Of a stretch of 60,996 nt of DNA, positions 20,861 to 29,982 are shown in pieces. The translations under genes were made by a program, and so were the position numbers. How positions within the stretch are numbered: the first letter of the stretch is position 1; every line of letters begins with the position of its first letter. Below the pieces are notes generated by a model that searched no databases, was not told the origin of the DNA, and saw only the letters and a program-made list of their open reading frames with translations. Origin of the DNA: Betaproteobacteria bacterium (lineage in GTDB: Bacteria; Pseudomonadota; Gammaproteobacteria; Burkholderiales; JACQAP01); contig JBDTRK010000006.1 of the NCBI GenBank assembly GCA_039931685.1, forward strand, positions 1 to 60,996, written 5' to 3'.

Positions 20861-22714
20861 ATGGCCGAAGAAAAATCCAATACGCCGGCAGCCGCCGATC
20901 CGACCGATTTCGCCCGCGTCTTCGCGGAAATTGCGCTGCGCAGCAAGCATCTGGTCGAAACCCGGCTGGCCGAGCAGGCGAGGCAGACAGGCGAAGAGCC
21001 AAGCGACGAACTCGGCGTCGGCAAAGCCTTCTCCGAGCTGGCGGCCAAGCTGATGAGCGATCCCTTCAAGCTGGCGGAAATGTCGATGCGCATGTGGCAG
21101 GACTATTTCACGCTCTGGCAGAACACTGTCCTCAAGGCTTCCGGCGGCGAAGCCGCGGCGGTCGCGGAGCCGGGAAAATCCGACAACCGCTTCAAGAGCG
21201 AGTTGTGGCAGAACAACCTGGTGTTCGACTACATCAAGCAGTCTTACCTGATCGCTGCGCAGAACATTCAGAAATCGGTTTCGGAGGTCGAAGGGCTCGA
21301 TGCCCAGACAGCGCGCAAGGTGAAATTCTTCACGCGCCAGTACGTCGATGCACTGGCACCGACGAATTTCGTGCTGACCAATCCGGAGGTGCTCAAAACC
21401 ACCATCGAAACCGGCGGCAAGAATCTGCTGGAAGGCCTCAATCACCTGCTGCAGGACATCGATCGCGGCGATGGCAAGCTGGCCATCAGCATGACCGACA
21501 CCAAGGCGTTCAAGATGGGCGAGAACGTCGCCAGCACGCCAGGCAAGGTTGTATTCCAGAACGACCTGATGCAACTGATCCAGTACCAGCCGACCACCAA
21601 AGAGGTTTACAAGACTCCGCTGCTGATCGTGCCGCCGTGGATCAACAAGTACTACATCCTCGACCTGAGGCAGAAAAATTCCTTCATCCGGTTCGCGCTC
21701 GACCAGGGACACACGGTATTCGTGATTTCCTGGGTGAACCCGGACGAGAGGCACGCCAACAAGACCTTCGACGATTATTTGCTGGAAGGACCCTGGGCGG
21801 CGTTAGGCGCGATCGAACAGGCAACCGGCGAGCACGACATCAACCTGATCGGCTATTGCCTGGGCGGAACGCTGACCGCGTCGCTACTGGCCTGGATGGC
21901 AGCCAAAAACGAGCACCGCGTGAAGTGCGTGACCTTCTTCACCACGCTGATCGATTTCTCGGACCCTGGCGAGCTGGGCGTATTCTGTGACGAAGAGGTC
22001 GTCAATAATCTGGAAAAGAAAATGGCGGAGCGCGGCTACCTGGAGGGCTCCGACATGGCGTCGACCTTCAATATGCTGCGTGCCAATGACCTGATCTGGT
22101 CATTTGTGGTCAACAACTACCTGCTCGGCAAGGAACCGTTTCCATTCGACCTGCTGTACTGGAATTCGGATGCGACGCGCATGCCGGCGAAAATGCATAC
22201 CTTTTACCTGCGCAACATGTATATCAAGAACAAGTTGCGCGAGCCCGGCGGCATCACGCTGGCGGGCGAGCCGATCGACCTGTCAAAAATTGACGTCCCT
22301 GCTTATTTCGTTTCCACCATCGAAGACCACATCGCGCCGTGGAAGACGACCTACCTGGGCGCACAGCTTCTGAAAAGTCCGGTGCGCTTTACGCTCGGCG
22401 GCTCCGGCCATATTGCCGGAATCGTCAATCCGCCGGCGGCGAACAAGTACTGGTATTGGACCAACGACAAACTGCACGACAGTGCAGACGCGTGGCTCGC
22501 GTCCGCTGAAAAGCATGCGGGGTCGTGGTGGACCGACTGGACCGACTGGATCGCCGACTTTGGCGGGGACAAGGTGCCGGCACGCATGCATGGCGGCAAA
22601 CTGAAAGTCATCGAGGACGCCCCGGGCAGTTATGCCAGCCTGCGCCTGGATGCGTCGCCGCAAAAGCCAGTGAAATCAAAACCGCGCGCGCCAGCGCGCA
22701 AGAAAGCAAACTGA
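20861..22714 (+). CDS. phaC: Class I poly(3-hydroxyalkanoate) synthase
   Basis: PPWINKYYILDL, GYCLGG lipase-like box, DLLYWNSD, DHIAPW, GSGHIAG. Confidence 0.96.
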   Translation: MAEEKSNTPAAADPTDFARVFAEIALRSKHLVETRLAEQARQTGEEPSDELGVGKAFSELAAKLMSDPFKLAEMSMRMWQDYFTLWQNTVLKASGGEAAAVAEPGKSDNRFKSELWQNNLVFDYIKQSYLIAAQNIQKSVSEVEGLDAQTARKVKFFTRQYVDALAPTNFVLTNPEVLKTTIETGGKNLLEGLNHLLQDIDRGDGKLAISMTDTKAFKMGENVASTPGKVVFQNDLMQLIQYQPTTKEVYKTPLLIVPPWINKYYILDLRQKNSFIRFALDQGHTVFVISWVNPDERHANKTFDDYLLEGPWAALGAIEQATGEHDINLIGYCLGGTLTASLLAWMAAKNEHRVKCVTFFTTLIDFSDPGELGVFCDEEVVNNLEKKMAERGYLEGSDMASTFNMLRANDLIWSFVVNNYLLGKEPFPFDLLYWNSDATRMPAKMHTFYLRNMYIKNKLREPGGITLAGEPIDLSKIDVPAYFVSTIEDHIAPWKTTYLGAQLLKSPVRFTLGGSGHIAGIVNPPAANKYWYWTNDKLHDSADAWLASAEKHAGSWWTDWTDWIADFGGDKVPARMHGGKLKVIEDAPGSYASLRLDASPQKPVKSKPRAPARKKAN

Positions 22715-22756
22715 CGGGCGAGTACGAGGTCCACGCCAGCGCCCCCCTGATCGCTT

Positions 22757-22794
22757 AAAAAAAAGCCGCCGGCATTCTGCCTGGCGGCTTTTTT
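22757..22794. terminator. Bidirectional intrinsic terminator
   Basis: A8-GCCGCCGGCA-TTC-TGCCTGGCGGC-T6 between convergent genes. Confidence 0.85.
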
Positions 22795-22812
22795 GCGTGC
22801 AACGCCCTGAAC

Positions 22813-23406
22813 TCAGTCGCGCTTGCGCTCGTTATGCTTTTCGCGGTGGATGCGTTTGCTCTGCCGATTTTCCGCCGACTGAATGCGTTGTTGCTCGCCG
22901 GCGCCAACATGCCCGTCTGCTGCGGCATTGGCTTCCTTGCGATCAACCTTTGCCTGCCCACGCTCGGCGTTTGCCGCCTCGCGGTTGGTCAGCGATCCGT
23001 TTTTGACGCCGTTCTCGATACGCTGCTCCTGGTTGGCATTGCGCTGGACGTCGGTCTGCATGCGTTGCGAGGAAGCCGAATTCGGGTCACCGGTCTGCGC
23101 GTCGTGCTTTTCCTTATAAATGTCCTTGCTCACCTGGTTCTGCGCCCGTGCGATACGTCGCCGTTCCGCGGGGGTCATCTTGCCGTTCTTCAGCGCGTTC
23201 GTCTCCATCTTGTCGACACGTGATTCCTCGCGTTCGAGCTTGCCGGCTTCCTTGGTCGTCAGCTCGCCGGAGTTCAAACCCTGTTCGATGCGGTTCTGCT
23301 GGTTTACGTCGCGTTGGACCGCGTCGGCGGCGTTCTGCGCACTTGCTGCCGTCGCGATGGCACAAGCGGCAAGTCCTGCCGCAATTGCGGTCCTCCGAAT
23401 TTGCAT
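22813..23406 (-). CDS. Exported helical protein with an internal duplication
   Basis: Signal peptide (…ATAASA/QN); two repeats of Q..RIE.G...G.LT..EA...ER....V...E..A..(N/D)G......E..RI...(Q/E)N..SK.I..EKH; GGAG RBS. Confidence 0.8.
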   Translation of the reverse strand: MQIRRTAIAAGLAACAIATAASAQNAADAVQRDVNQQNRIEQGLNSGELTTKEAGKLEREESRVDKMETNALKNGKMTPAERRRIARAQNQVSKDIYKEKHDAQTGDPNSASSQRMQTDVQRNANQEQRIENGVKNGSLTNREAANAERGQAKVDRKEANAAADGHVGAGEQQRIQSAENRQSKRIHREKHNERKRD

Positions 23407-23545
23407 TCAAGTCTCCTGGTGGGTAATCGGCCCGCGCGCCCGCGCCGACCTGATTTTCACTGCCATCAACGTCGTTCGACAGGGTTCGTTGACGCGGACC
23501 GTGCCCGCATCGGAGGGCAAACCGGCGGTTGCCAGTTCTGGAATA

Positions 23546-23577
23546 TTGACGCGTATCGCATTCTGTATACAATATGC
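23546..23577 (+). promoter_or_regulatory. Sigma70 promoter overlapped by a GntR(FCD)-type palindrome
   Basis: TTGACG(23546)-N16-TACAAT(23568); palindrome GCATTCTGTATACAATATGC (23558-23577) with TGTATACA core. Confidence 0.7.
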
Positions 23578-23611
23578 AACGTTCCAATTCGCAGCCTGTC
23601 GATCGACACCC

Positions 23612-24280
23612 ATGGCATTGATCAGCCCTATCCACGTCGTCCCCGACCTCACGGATCAGGTGTATCAGCGCTTGCTCAACGCGATTTGCGAGGGCGAGCT
23701 TGCGCCGGGCGCGCGGCTGACACAGGAGGACCTCGCCGCCACGCTTGCAGTATCGCGGCAACCAGTCCTTCAGGCATTGCGCATGCTCAAGAAGGACGGA
23801 TTCCTGGTCGACGCCGGCCGCCGCGGGCTCATGGTCTTGCCGCTCGGCGCCGAGACCATTTCCCGGATCTACGAAGTACGCTCGGTCCTCGACGGCCTGG
23901 CTGCCCGCCAGGCGGCGCTCGCCGGTGCGAAAATCGACCTCGGAGTCATCGCTGAAGGCCGCAAGGCGGTCAAAGGGACCAAGATCGGCGTCATGATCGA
24001 TGCGGACATGCGCTTTCACAATCTGATTTACAACGCGTCGGGAAATCCACTCATCGCAGAGAGCGCCAGCCATCACTGGCGGCACATTCGCCGAGCAATG
24101 GGCGTGGTGCTTCAGCAAGCGGGAGTGCGCGACACCGTCTGGGACGAGCACGAGGCCATTCTCAAGGCCATCAATCGCGGTGACGCAGATCGCGCCGAGC
24201 GGCTGGCCCGCCGCCACGGCGAGCAGGCTGGGCATCATCTCGTTCAGGAACTCAGCCGGCATATGCGCGAGGCATCCTGA
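23612..24280 (+). CDS. GntR-family regulator (FCD domain)
   Basis: LTDQVYQRLLNAICEGELAPGARLTQEDLAATLAVSRQPV, D.RFH..IY.ASGN, EH.AIL.AI; true start ATG 23612. Confidence 0.93.
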   Translation: MALISPIHVVPDLTDQVYQRLLNAICEGELAPGARLTQEDLAATLAVSRQPVLQALRMLKKDGFLVDAGRRGLMVLPLGAETISRIYEVRSVLDGLAARQAALAGAKIDLGVIAEGRKAVKGTKIGVMIDADMRFHNLIYNASGNPLIAESASHHWRHIRRAMGVVLQQAGVRDTVWDEHEAILKAINRGDADRAERLARRHGEQAGHHLVQELSRHMREAS

Positions 24281-24325
24281 ATCCGAAACATTTGGTCAAT
24301 ATTCATAGGATGGAGGAGAACCCGC

Positions 24326-25165
24326 ATGAAGCTCAGCAAGGAACAAAGCGAACAGTTCGAGCGCGACGGCTACCTGTTTTTCCCGAGCCTGTTCACACCT
24401 GAAGAAGTCAAGACCCTCATCGACGAAGTGCCCGGCCTCTATGCCCAGCAACGCGCGGAGAATGTGCGCGAAAAAGGCAGCGATGCGGTGCGCACCAACT
24501 TCGCCGCGCACATGTACAACCGTCAGTTCGCGAAACTGGCGCGTCATCCGCGTATGGTCGAACCGATCAGGCAGCTGTTCGGCGAAGCCGTGTACATGCA
24601 TCAGTTCAAGGTCAACGGCAAGATGGCCTTCGACGGCGACGTCTGGCAGTGGCATCAGGATTACGGCACCTGGAAGAACGACGACGAGATGCCTGAGCCG
24701 CGGGCGATGAACGTGGCCATTTTTCTCGGCGAGGTCAATGAGTTCAATGGACCGCTCATGTTCATTCCCGGCAGCCACAAGCTGGGTGTGCTCGATTCAC
24801 AACACGACACATCGACGACCAGCTATCCGCTGTGGACCATCAACCATGATTCAATCCGCAAGCTGGTCGAACGCGGCGGCATCGTCGCGCCGAAGGGTCC
24901 GGCCGGCTCGATGATTTTGTTTCACTCCTGCCTGGTGCATGCGTCGAACTGCAACCTTTCGCCGTGGGATCGCGTGAACGTTTATCTGAGCTTGTGCGCG
25001 GTGTCCAACCATATCCGGAGATTCAAGCGGCCCGAATACATCGCGCATCGCGATTTCACGCCGATCGAGTGTCTGCCGGATGATTGTCTGATAAAGGATT
25101 ACGACGTGCCCCTGCCCTGGAAGGACGGTACGCCTGAGGAAGCGCTCAAGTCGCTTGCCGCCTGA
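24326..25165 (+). CDS. Phytanoyl-CoA dioxygenase family 2OG/Fe(II) hydroxylase (proline/ectoine hydroxylase-like)
   Basis: QFERDGYL, WQWHQDY (HxD), NGPLMFIPGSH, LVHAS..N.S..DR. Confidence 0.9.
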   Translation: MKLSKEQSEQFERDGYLFFPSLFTPEEVKTLIDEVPGLYAQQRAENVREKGSDAVRTNFAAHMYNRQFAKLARHPRMVEPIRQLFGEAVYMHQFKVNGKMAFDGDVWQWHQDYGTWKNDDEMPEPRAMNVAIFLGEVNEFNGPLMFIPGSHKLGVLDSQHDTSTTSYPLWTINHDSIRKLVERGGIVAPKGPAGSMILFHSCLVHASNCNLSPWDRVNVYLSLCAVSNHIRRFKRPEYIAHRDFTPIECLPDDCLIKDYDVPLPWKDGTPEEALKSLAA

Positions 25166-25177
25166 GCGCAGATCCGC

Positions 25178-26542
25178 ATGAATCTCTACGCGAAGTTGCG
25201 CGAGCGCGAGGCCCAGGGCAAGCCGCTGCGGGTCGGCCTGGTGGGTGCCGGGAAATTCGGCGCCATGTATCTTGCGCAGGTGCCGAAGACACCGGGCCTG
25301 CATCTGGCTGGCGTCGCGGATCTGTCGCCGGCGAATGCCAAAACCAATCTGCAGCGCGTGGGCTGGAAGCCCGAGCGCTACGCGGCGGCGTCACTGGATG
25401 CGGCTTTGTCTTCCGGCCTCACCCATGTAGGCGAGGATTGGCAGGCGCTGGTCGCGCACCCGCTAATCGATATCGTCGTCGAGGCGACCGGCCATCCGAT
25501 CGCCGCCGTCGAGCACGCACTTGCGGCCTTCAAGCACGGCAAGCACGTGGTGATGGTCACCGTCGAAGCCGATGCCATGTGCGGACTGCTGCTGGCAAGT
25601 CGCGCGAAGGAGGCTGGCGTGGTGTACAGCCTGGCTTACGGCGATCAGCCGGCGCTGATCTGCGATCTGGTGGACTGGGCGCGCGCTTCCGGATTCAATG
25701 TCGTCGCCGCCGGTCGCGGCCACAAATGGCTGCCGCATTTTGCGCAGTCGACGCCGGAAACGGTGTGGGGCTACTACGGACTGACGCCCGAGCAGGCGAA
25801 AACCGGCGGCCTGAATCCGAAAATGTTCAATTCCTTTCTCGATGGCTCGAAACCCGCCATCGAGAGTACGTCCGTGTGCAACGCAACCGGGCTGACGCCA
25901 GCACCCCATGGCCTGCTGTTTCCGCCGGCCAGTGTTGACGACATTCCCAACGTGATGCGACCAATCGCCGAAGGCGGTCACCTGCATCACAAGGGCCAGG
26001 TCGAAGTCATCTCCTCGCTCGAAACCGACGGCCGCATCATTCCTTACGACATCCGCTTCGGCGTATTCGTGGTGTTCGAGGGCGAGACCGAATACATCCG
26101 CAACTGCTTCAAGGAATACATGGTGCGCACCGATACTTCGGGGCGTTATGCGTGCCTGTACAAACGCTGGCATCTGATCGGACTCGAAGTCGGGATATCG
26201 GTCGCGTCGGTCGGGCTGCGCGGCGAGTCGACCGGCAGCCCGACCGGATTCCGCGCCGATGTGGTCGCTACGGCGAAGCGCGATCTGAAGACGGGCGAGA
26301 TTCTCGACGGTGAAGGCGGCTACACGGTGGTCGGCAAGCTAATGCCGGCGGAGGCCTCGCTGAAAATCGGCGGCCTGTCCCTGGGATTGGCGCACAACGT
26401 AAAGCTGCTCAAGCCAGTGGCCGCAGGGCAGCCGGTGCGCTGGAGCGATGTTGCGGTCGATGAATCCAGTTACGCGGTCAAACTGCGGCGGGAGATGGAA
26501 AAGCTGTATGCCCCGGCTGCCGAGCCCGCGCTTGCGCGCTAG
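25178..26542 (+). CDS. NAD(P)-dependent oxidoreductase with C-terminal SAF domain (homoserine dehydrogenase-like, COG4091 type)
   Basis: VGLVGAGKFG, YGDQPALI, MFNSFLDGSK, DVVATAKRDLKTGEILDGEGGYTV. Confidence 0.87.
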   Translation: MNLYAKLREREAQGKPLRVGLVGAGKFGAMYLAQVPKTPGLHLAGVADLSPANAKTNLQRVGWKPERYAAASLDAALSSGLTHVGEDWQALVAHPLIDIVVEATGHPIAAVEHALAAFKHGKHVVMVTVEADAMCGLLLASRAKEAGVVYSLAYGDQPALICDLVDWARASGFNVVAAGRGHKWLPHFAQSTPETVWGYYGLTPEQAKTGGLNPKMFNSFLDGSKPAIESTSVCNATGLTPAPHGLLFPPASVDDIPNVMRPIAEGGHLHHKGQVEVISSLETDGRIIPYDIRFGVFVVFEGETEYIRNCFKEYMVRTDTSGRYACLYKRWHLIGLEVGISVASVGLRGESTGSPTGFRADVVATAKRDLKTGEILDGEGGYTVVGKLMPAEASLKIGGLSLGLAHNVKLLKPVAAGQPVRWSDVAVDESSYAVKLRREMEKLYAPAAEPALAR

Positions 26543-26563
26543 CACGGCCGTGCGCATGCAATG

Positions 26564-26593
26564 CGAAAAGGGCTGCCGTGGCAGCCCTTTTCG
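26564..26593. terminator. Intrinsic terminator hairpin
   Basis: Perfect inverted repeat CGAAAAGGGCTGCC-GT-GGCAGCCCTTTTCG. Confidence 0.85.
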
Positions 26594-26651
26594 TTGCTGG
26601 TAACGATCGACTCGCCGTTACAATGCGGATAAACCTTAAGGAGGCCCGCAC

Positions 26652-27929
26652 GTGACCCGCAAACCGCCTCGCACCAGCCAGATCGTGGCCGCCGTCATCG
26701 GCAATGCGCTCGAATGGTACGACTTCGTCGTCTACGGTTTCCTGACCGTCATCATCGCGCGGCTGTTTTTCCCGATGCAGGACGAATACGCCGCACTGCT
26801 GCTCACCATGGCGACATTTGGCGTCGGCTTTTTCATGCGGCCGGTGGGTGGCATCGTGCTCGGCATATACGCGGACCGAAAAGGCCGCAAGGCCGCCTTG
26901 CAACTCATCATCGGCCTGATGACGCTGTCGATGGCCATGATCGCCTTCGCGCCGCCCTATGCGGCGATCGGCATTGCCGCGCCGCTACTGATTCTGCTCG
27001 CGCGGCTGTTGCAGGGCTTCGCCACCGGCGGCGAGTTCGCCAGCGCCACCTCTTTCCTGGTCGAGAGCGCGCCGCCAAACCGGCGCGGTTTCTACGGTTC
27101 GCTGCAAATGGTCGGGCAGAGCCTGGCGGCGCTTACCGGCGCCGTTGCCGGATCGTTGATCACGCGCGGGCTGGCGCCTGAGCAAATCGACTCCTGGGGC
27201 TGGCGCCTGCCGTTCCTGTTCGGACTCGTCATCGGGCCGGTCGGGCTCTACATCCGCCGCTACCTCGAGGAAACGCAGGCCTTCATTGAATCGCGCGCGC
27301 GCGTGGTGGCCAATCCGCTGAGCACAGTCTTTGCGCAAAACCTGCGCAGCCTTGCCGTCACATTCGGCCTGGTCATTTGCGGGACCATCTCCTATTACGT
27401 GGTTCTGGTCTACATGCCGACGTATGCCAAGACCCAGCTCGGCATGTCGCTCACTGACGCATTCACCGCACAGGTGATTGGATTGCTTTGCCTGACTGCG
27501 GCGATCCCGTTATGCGGCGCGTTGTCCGACCGCATCGGGCGCCGGCCAATCCTCATGAGCGCGACCATTGCCTATTTCCTGTTGCTCTATCCATTGTTCG
27601 ATTGGCTCCACGCAGCACCGGGTTTCGTCCGGCTGGCAGTCATGCAAGCCAGCTTATGCACGCTCGTCGGCGTGTTTCTCGGCCCGATCTCGACGACGAT
27701 TGCTGAACAATTTCCGACCGGCGTTCGCTCCACCGGACTAGCCCTTGCCTACAATTTCGCAGTCATGCTGTTTGGCGGCTTTGCGCAGTTCATCGTTACC
27801 TGGCTGATTCGCGCGACGGGTTCGCCTCTGGCACCGGCTTACTATGTCATGTTCGGCGCGGTCGTCGGCTTCGCCGCGACGATATTCCTCACGGAACGGC
27901 ATCGCGATGCGAATCTGCCCGCGACATGA
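26652..27929 (+). CDS. MFS transporter, MHS family (ProP/CitA-like)
   Basis: GNALEWYDF, FFMRPVGG, YADRKGRK, RLLQGFATGGE, WGWRLPF; AAGGAGG RBS before GTG. Confidence 0.93.
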   Translation: MTRKPPRTSQIVAAVIGNALEWYDFVVYGFLTVIIARLFFPMQDEYAALLLTMATFGVGFFMRPVGGIVLGIYADRKGRKAALQLIIGLMTLSMAMIAFAPPYAAIGIAAPLLILLARLLQGFATGGEFASATSFLVESAPPNRRGFYGSLQMVGQSLAALTGAVAGSLITRGLAPEQIDSWGWRLPFLFGLVIGPVGLYIRRYLEETQAFIESRARVVANPLSTVFAQNLRSLAVTFGLVICGTISYYVVLVYMPTYAKTQLGMSLTDAFTAQVIGLLCLTAAIPLCGALSDRIGRRPILMSATIAYFLLLYPLFDWLHAAPGFVRLAVMQASLCTLVGVFLGPISTTIAEQFPTGVRSTGLALAYNFAVMLFGGFAQFIVTWLIRATGSPLAPAYYVMFGAVVGFAATIFLTERHRDANLPAT

Positions 27930-27980
27930 CTGAGGGCGGATTTCTGCTTTTTCGGCTGGTCAATCTTGAGGAGGAACTCC

Positions 27981-28448
27981 ATGCACATGGCGGCAATGAG
28001 GAAACTTCGGCTTCTGACAATACTGTGCGTGACGGCCACCCTGGGAGGAATCGCGATGCAATCCGCAAGCGTTGCCGCTGACGACGGCGGAAAAACCATG
28101 ACTGTGGTGCGCATCTACACCGGCGCGGACAACCAGTCGCATTTTGAAGACCTGCAGATCCCGCTTAAAAGCAGCGGAAAAATCGGTTTCATGTCGGAAC
28201 TCATGAAAGCAACCGGCATTGTGTTCCGTGAAACCGGCGGCGACTACAACTACGAATTTCACACCGCACCGCGCCGCCAGTACGTGGTGAACCTGGAAGG
28301 GGAAGTGGAGATCGAGGTCGGCGACGGCACTAAACGCATCCTGCGCAGCGGCGATATCCTGCTCGCCGAAGACACCACTGGACAGGGCCACATCAGCCGG
28401 GCCGTCGCGGGCAAGCCGCGGAAGTCGTTATTCATTACTCTGGACTGA
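27981..28448 (+). CDS. Exported cupin-domain protein
   Basis: Signal-peptide-like N-terminus; RIYTGADNQSHFED, FHTAPRRQYVV.L.G..EIE, EDTTGQGH. Confidence 0.8.
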   Translation: MHMAAMRKLRLLTILCVTATLGGIAMQSASVAADDGGKTMTVVRIYTGADNQSHFEDLQIPLKSSGKIGFMSELMKATGIVFRETGGDYNYEFHTAPRRQYVVNLEGEVEIEVGDGTKRILRSGDILLAEDTTGQGHISRAVAGKPRKSLFITLD

Positions 28449-28452
28449 ATCT

Positions 28453-29307
28453 TTACCCGGTACGCAGGCCTGAAAGGTATTTCATGCCCTCGATGGCGCG
28501 ACTGCCGTACCAGGAACTCATCTCCCCATCGACCAGGGATACGATCACCGGGGAGTCGACGTCTTCCATAGGCGTCGGAATGAAATCGGTTCCACTTGTT
28601 GCCAGAAGCTGCCGGACTTCGTCGAGGTCGCGCTCCCGGAACGCGTAGGGTTCAGACGAAAACAGGACCCGATCGACGCCGGATAGCAGCGCCGGCTTGA
28701 GTTCAATTTTCGGATAGCGATCCACGCTGTCAATCTCCACCGTATCCCAGCCGACGGCCGCCAGCGCACGGGAAATATAGGTATCGCGCGACACCGTCAT
28801 CCACGGCGATTTCCAGATCAGATACAGCACGCGCTCGCGCGCTAGATTCGCGCAGCCCGCAACCGCTCCATCGTAGGCTTTCTGGAATGCTGCGCAGAGC
28901 TCCTCGGCCCGCTGCTCACCACCAAAAATGGCGCCCAGCAGTCGGTACAGCGGCGGATTGTCGAGCGGCCCGAGGGGATGCGTCACGATCACGCTCGGCA
29001 CGAAGCCCGCGAGCTGGTCGACCGTGGGCTTTTCGTTCTCGTCGATGTTCACGATTACGTGCGTGGGAGCGAGCGCGCGAATAGCTTCGATGTCGACGCT
29101 TTTGGTCCCTCCGACTTTGGGGACCGTCTTGATGCGGTCCCTGGGATGAATGCAGAAACCGGTCCTTCCCACCAGCCGATCGCCTGCGCCAAGCTCGAAC
29201 AACAATTCGGTAATGCTGGGAACCAGGCTGACAACTCGCGCATCGCCCCGCGCCGGCGCATGCGCGCGCCCGATGGCATCGACTGCGCGGGGAGGATTCT
29301 TCTTCAT
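28453..29307 (-). CDS. Helical-backbone metal receptor (BtuF-like cobalamin/Fe-siderophore binding family)
   Basis: RVVSLVPSITELL, VGRTGFCIHP, VGGTK, SSEPYAF, VDGEMSSWYGSR. Confidence 0.85.
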   Translation of the reverse strand: MKKNPPRAVDAIGRAHAPARGDARVVSLVPSITELLFELGAGDRLVGRTGFCIHPRDRIKTVPKVGGTKSVDIEAIRALAPTHVIVNIDENEKPTVDQLAGFVPSVIVTHPLGPLDNPPLYRLLGAIFGGEQRAEELCAAFQKAYDGAVAGCANLARERVLYLIWKSPWMTVSRDTYISRALAAVGWDTVEIDSVDRYPKIELKPALLSGVDRVLFSSEPYAFRERDLDEVRQLLATSGTDFIPTPMEDVDSPVIVSLVDGEMSSWYGSRAIEGMKYLSGLRTG

Positions 29308-29340
29308 GTTCCGCTGGAGACTATACGCGAAGCCCTGCGC

Positions 29341-29883
29341 TCACGGCCGCGCCGCCGGTTTGCGTTTCGTCGCGCGTTTTTTCCTCGTACCGGCTGGCTC
29401 GGCTACCGATGAAGCCGCCGGCGCGGCCGACAGCGGAATCAGGCTCTCTTTCAACGTACGCAGCACGAAACTCGATTTGCTGTGCCGGATGCCCGGTATC
29501 CGGTACAGGCGTTCACGCAGTAAGCGCTCGTAGTCGCGCGTGTCCTTCACGGCAATACGGATGTAGTAGTCGTAATCGCCGGATACCAGATAAGCCTCCA
29601 TGACCTCCGGAATCTGCTCCAAAATTTTGCCGAAGTCATACAGCGTTTCATCGGTATGGCTCTCGAGCGTGACTTGCACGATGACCGTTTCTGAAAGTCC
29701 GATCGAGGACGGATCGACGCGCACCGTGTAGCCCTGGATCACGCCCTCGTTCTCCATGCGCTTGATGCGCGCCCAGCAGGGTGTCGACGACAAGCCCACG
29801 CGTTCGCTGATTGCCTGCAGGCTGGCACGCGCGTCTTCCTGCAGGACTTTCAGGATCGCCAGATCGAATTTATCGACTTTCAT
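29341..29883 (-). CDS. Lrp/AsnC family regulator
   Basis: DKFDLAILKVLQEDARAS...VGLSSTPCWARIKRME..GVI.GY, SGDYDY. Confidence 0.95.
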   Translation of the reverse strand: MKVDKFDLAILKVLQEDARASLQAISERVGLSSTPCWARIKRMENEGVIQGYTVRVDPSSIGLSETVIVQVTLESHTDETLYDFGKILEQIPEVMEAYLVSGDYDYYIRIAVKDTRDYERLLRERLYRIPGIRHSKSSFVLRTLKESLIPLSAAPAASSVAEPAGTRKKRATKRKPAARP

Positions 29884-29903
29884 TCTGTTGTTCCATTGTT
29901 TGG

Positions 29904-29918
29904 TAGAATATTTTTCTA
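29904..29918. promoter_or_regulatory. Lrp-type binding site in the divergent promoter region
   Basis: TAGAATATTTTTCTA matches the E. coli Lrp consensus YAGHAWATTWTDCTR at 15/15 positions, in an AT-rich spacer between lrp and ilvB. Confidence 0.7.
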
Positions 29919-29982
29919 ATAATAAGGCTTATTGGCAGGAAATAAGATGCCTTTTCTGGCATCGCCCACGTACGATGTGCCC

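Noticed and set aside
24326-25165. Calling the dioxygenase ectD
   Set aside because: Lacks the EctD signature FxWHSDFETWH, and no ectABC genes are nearby.
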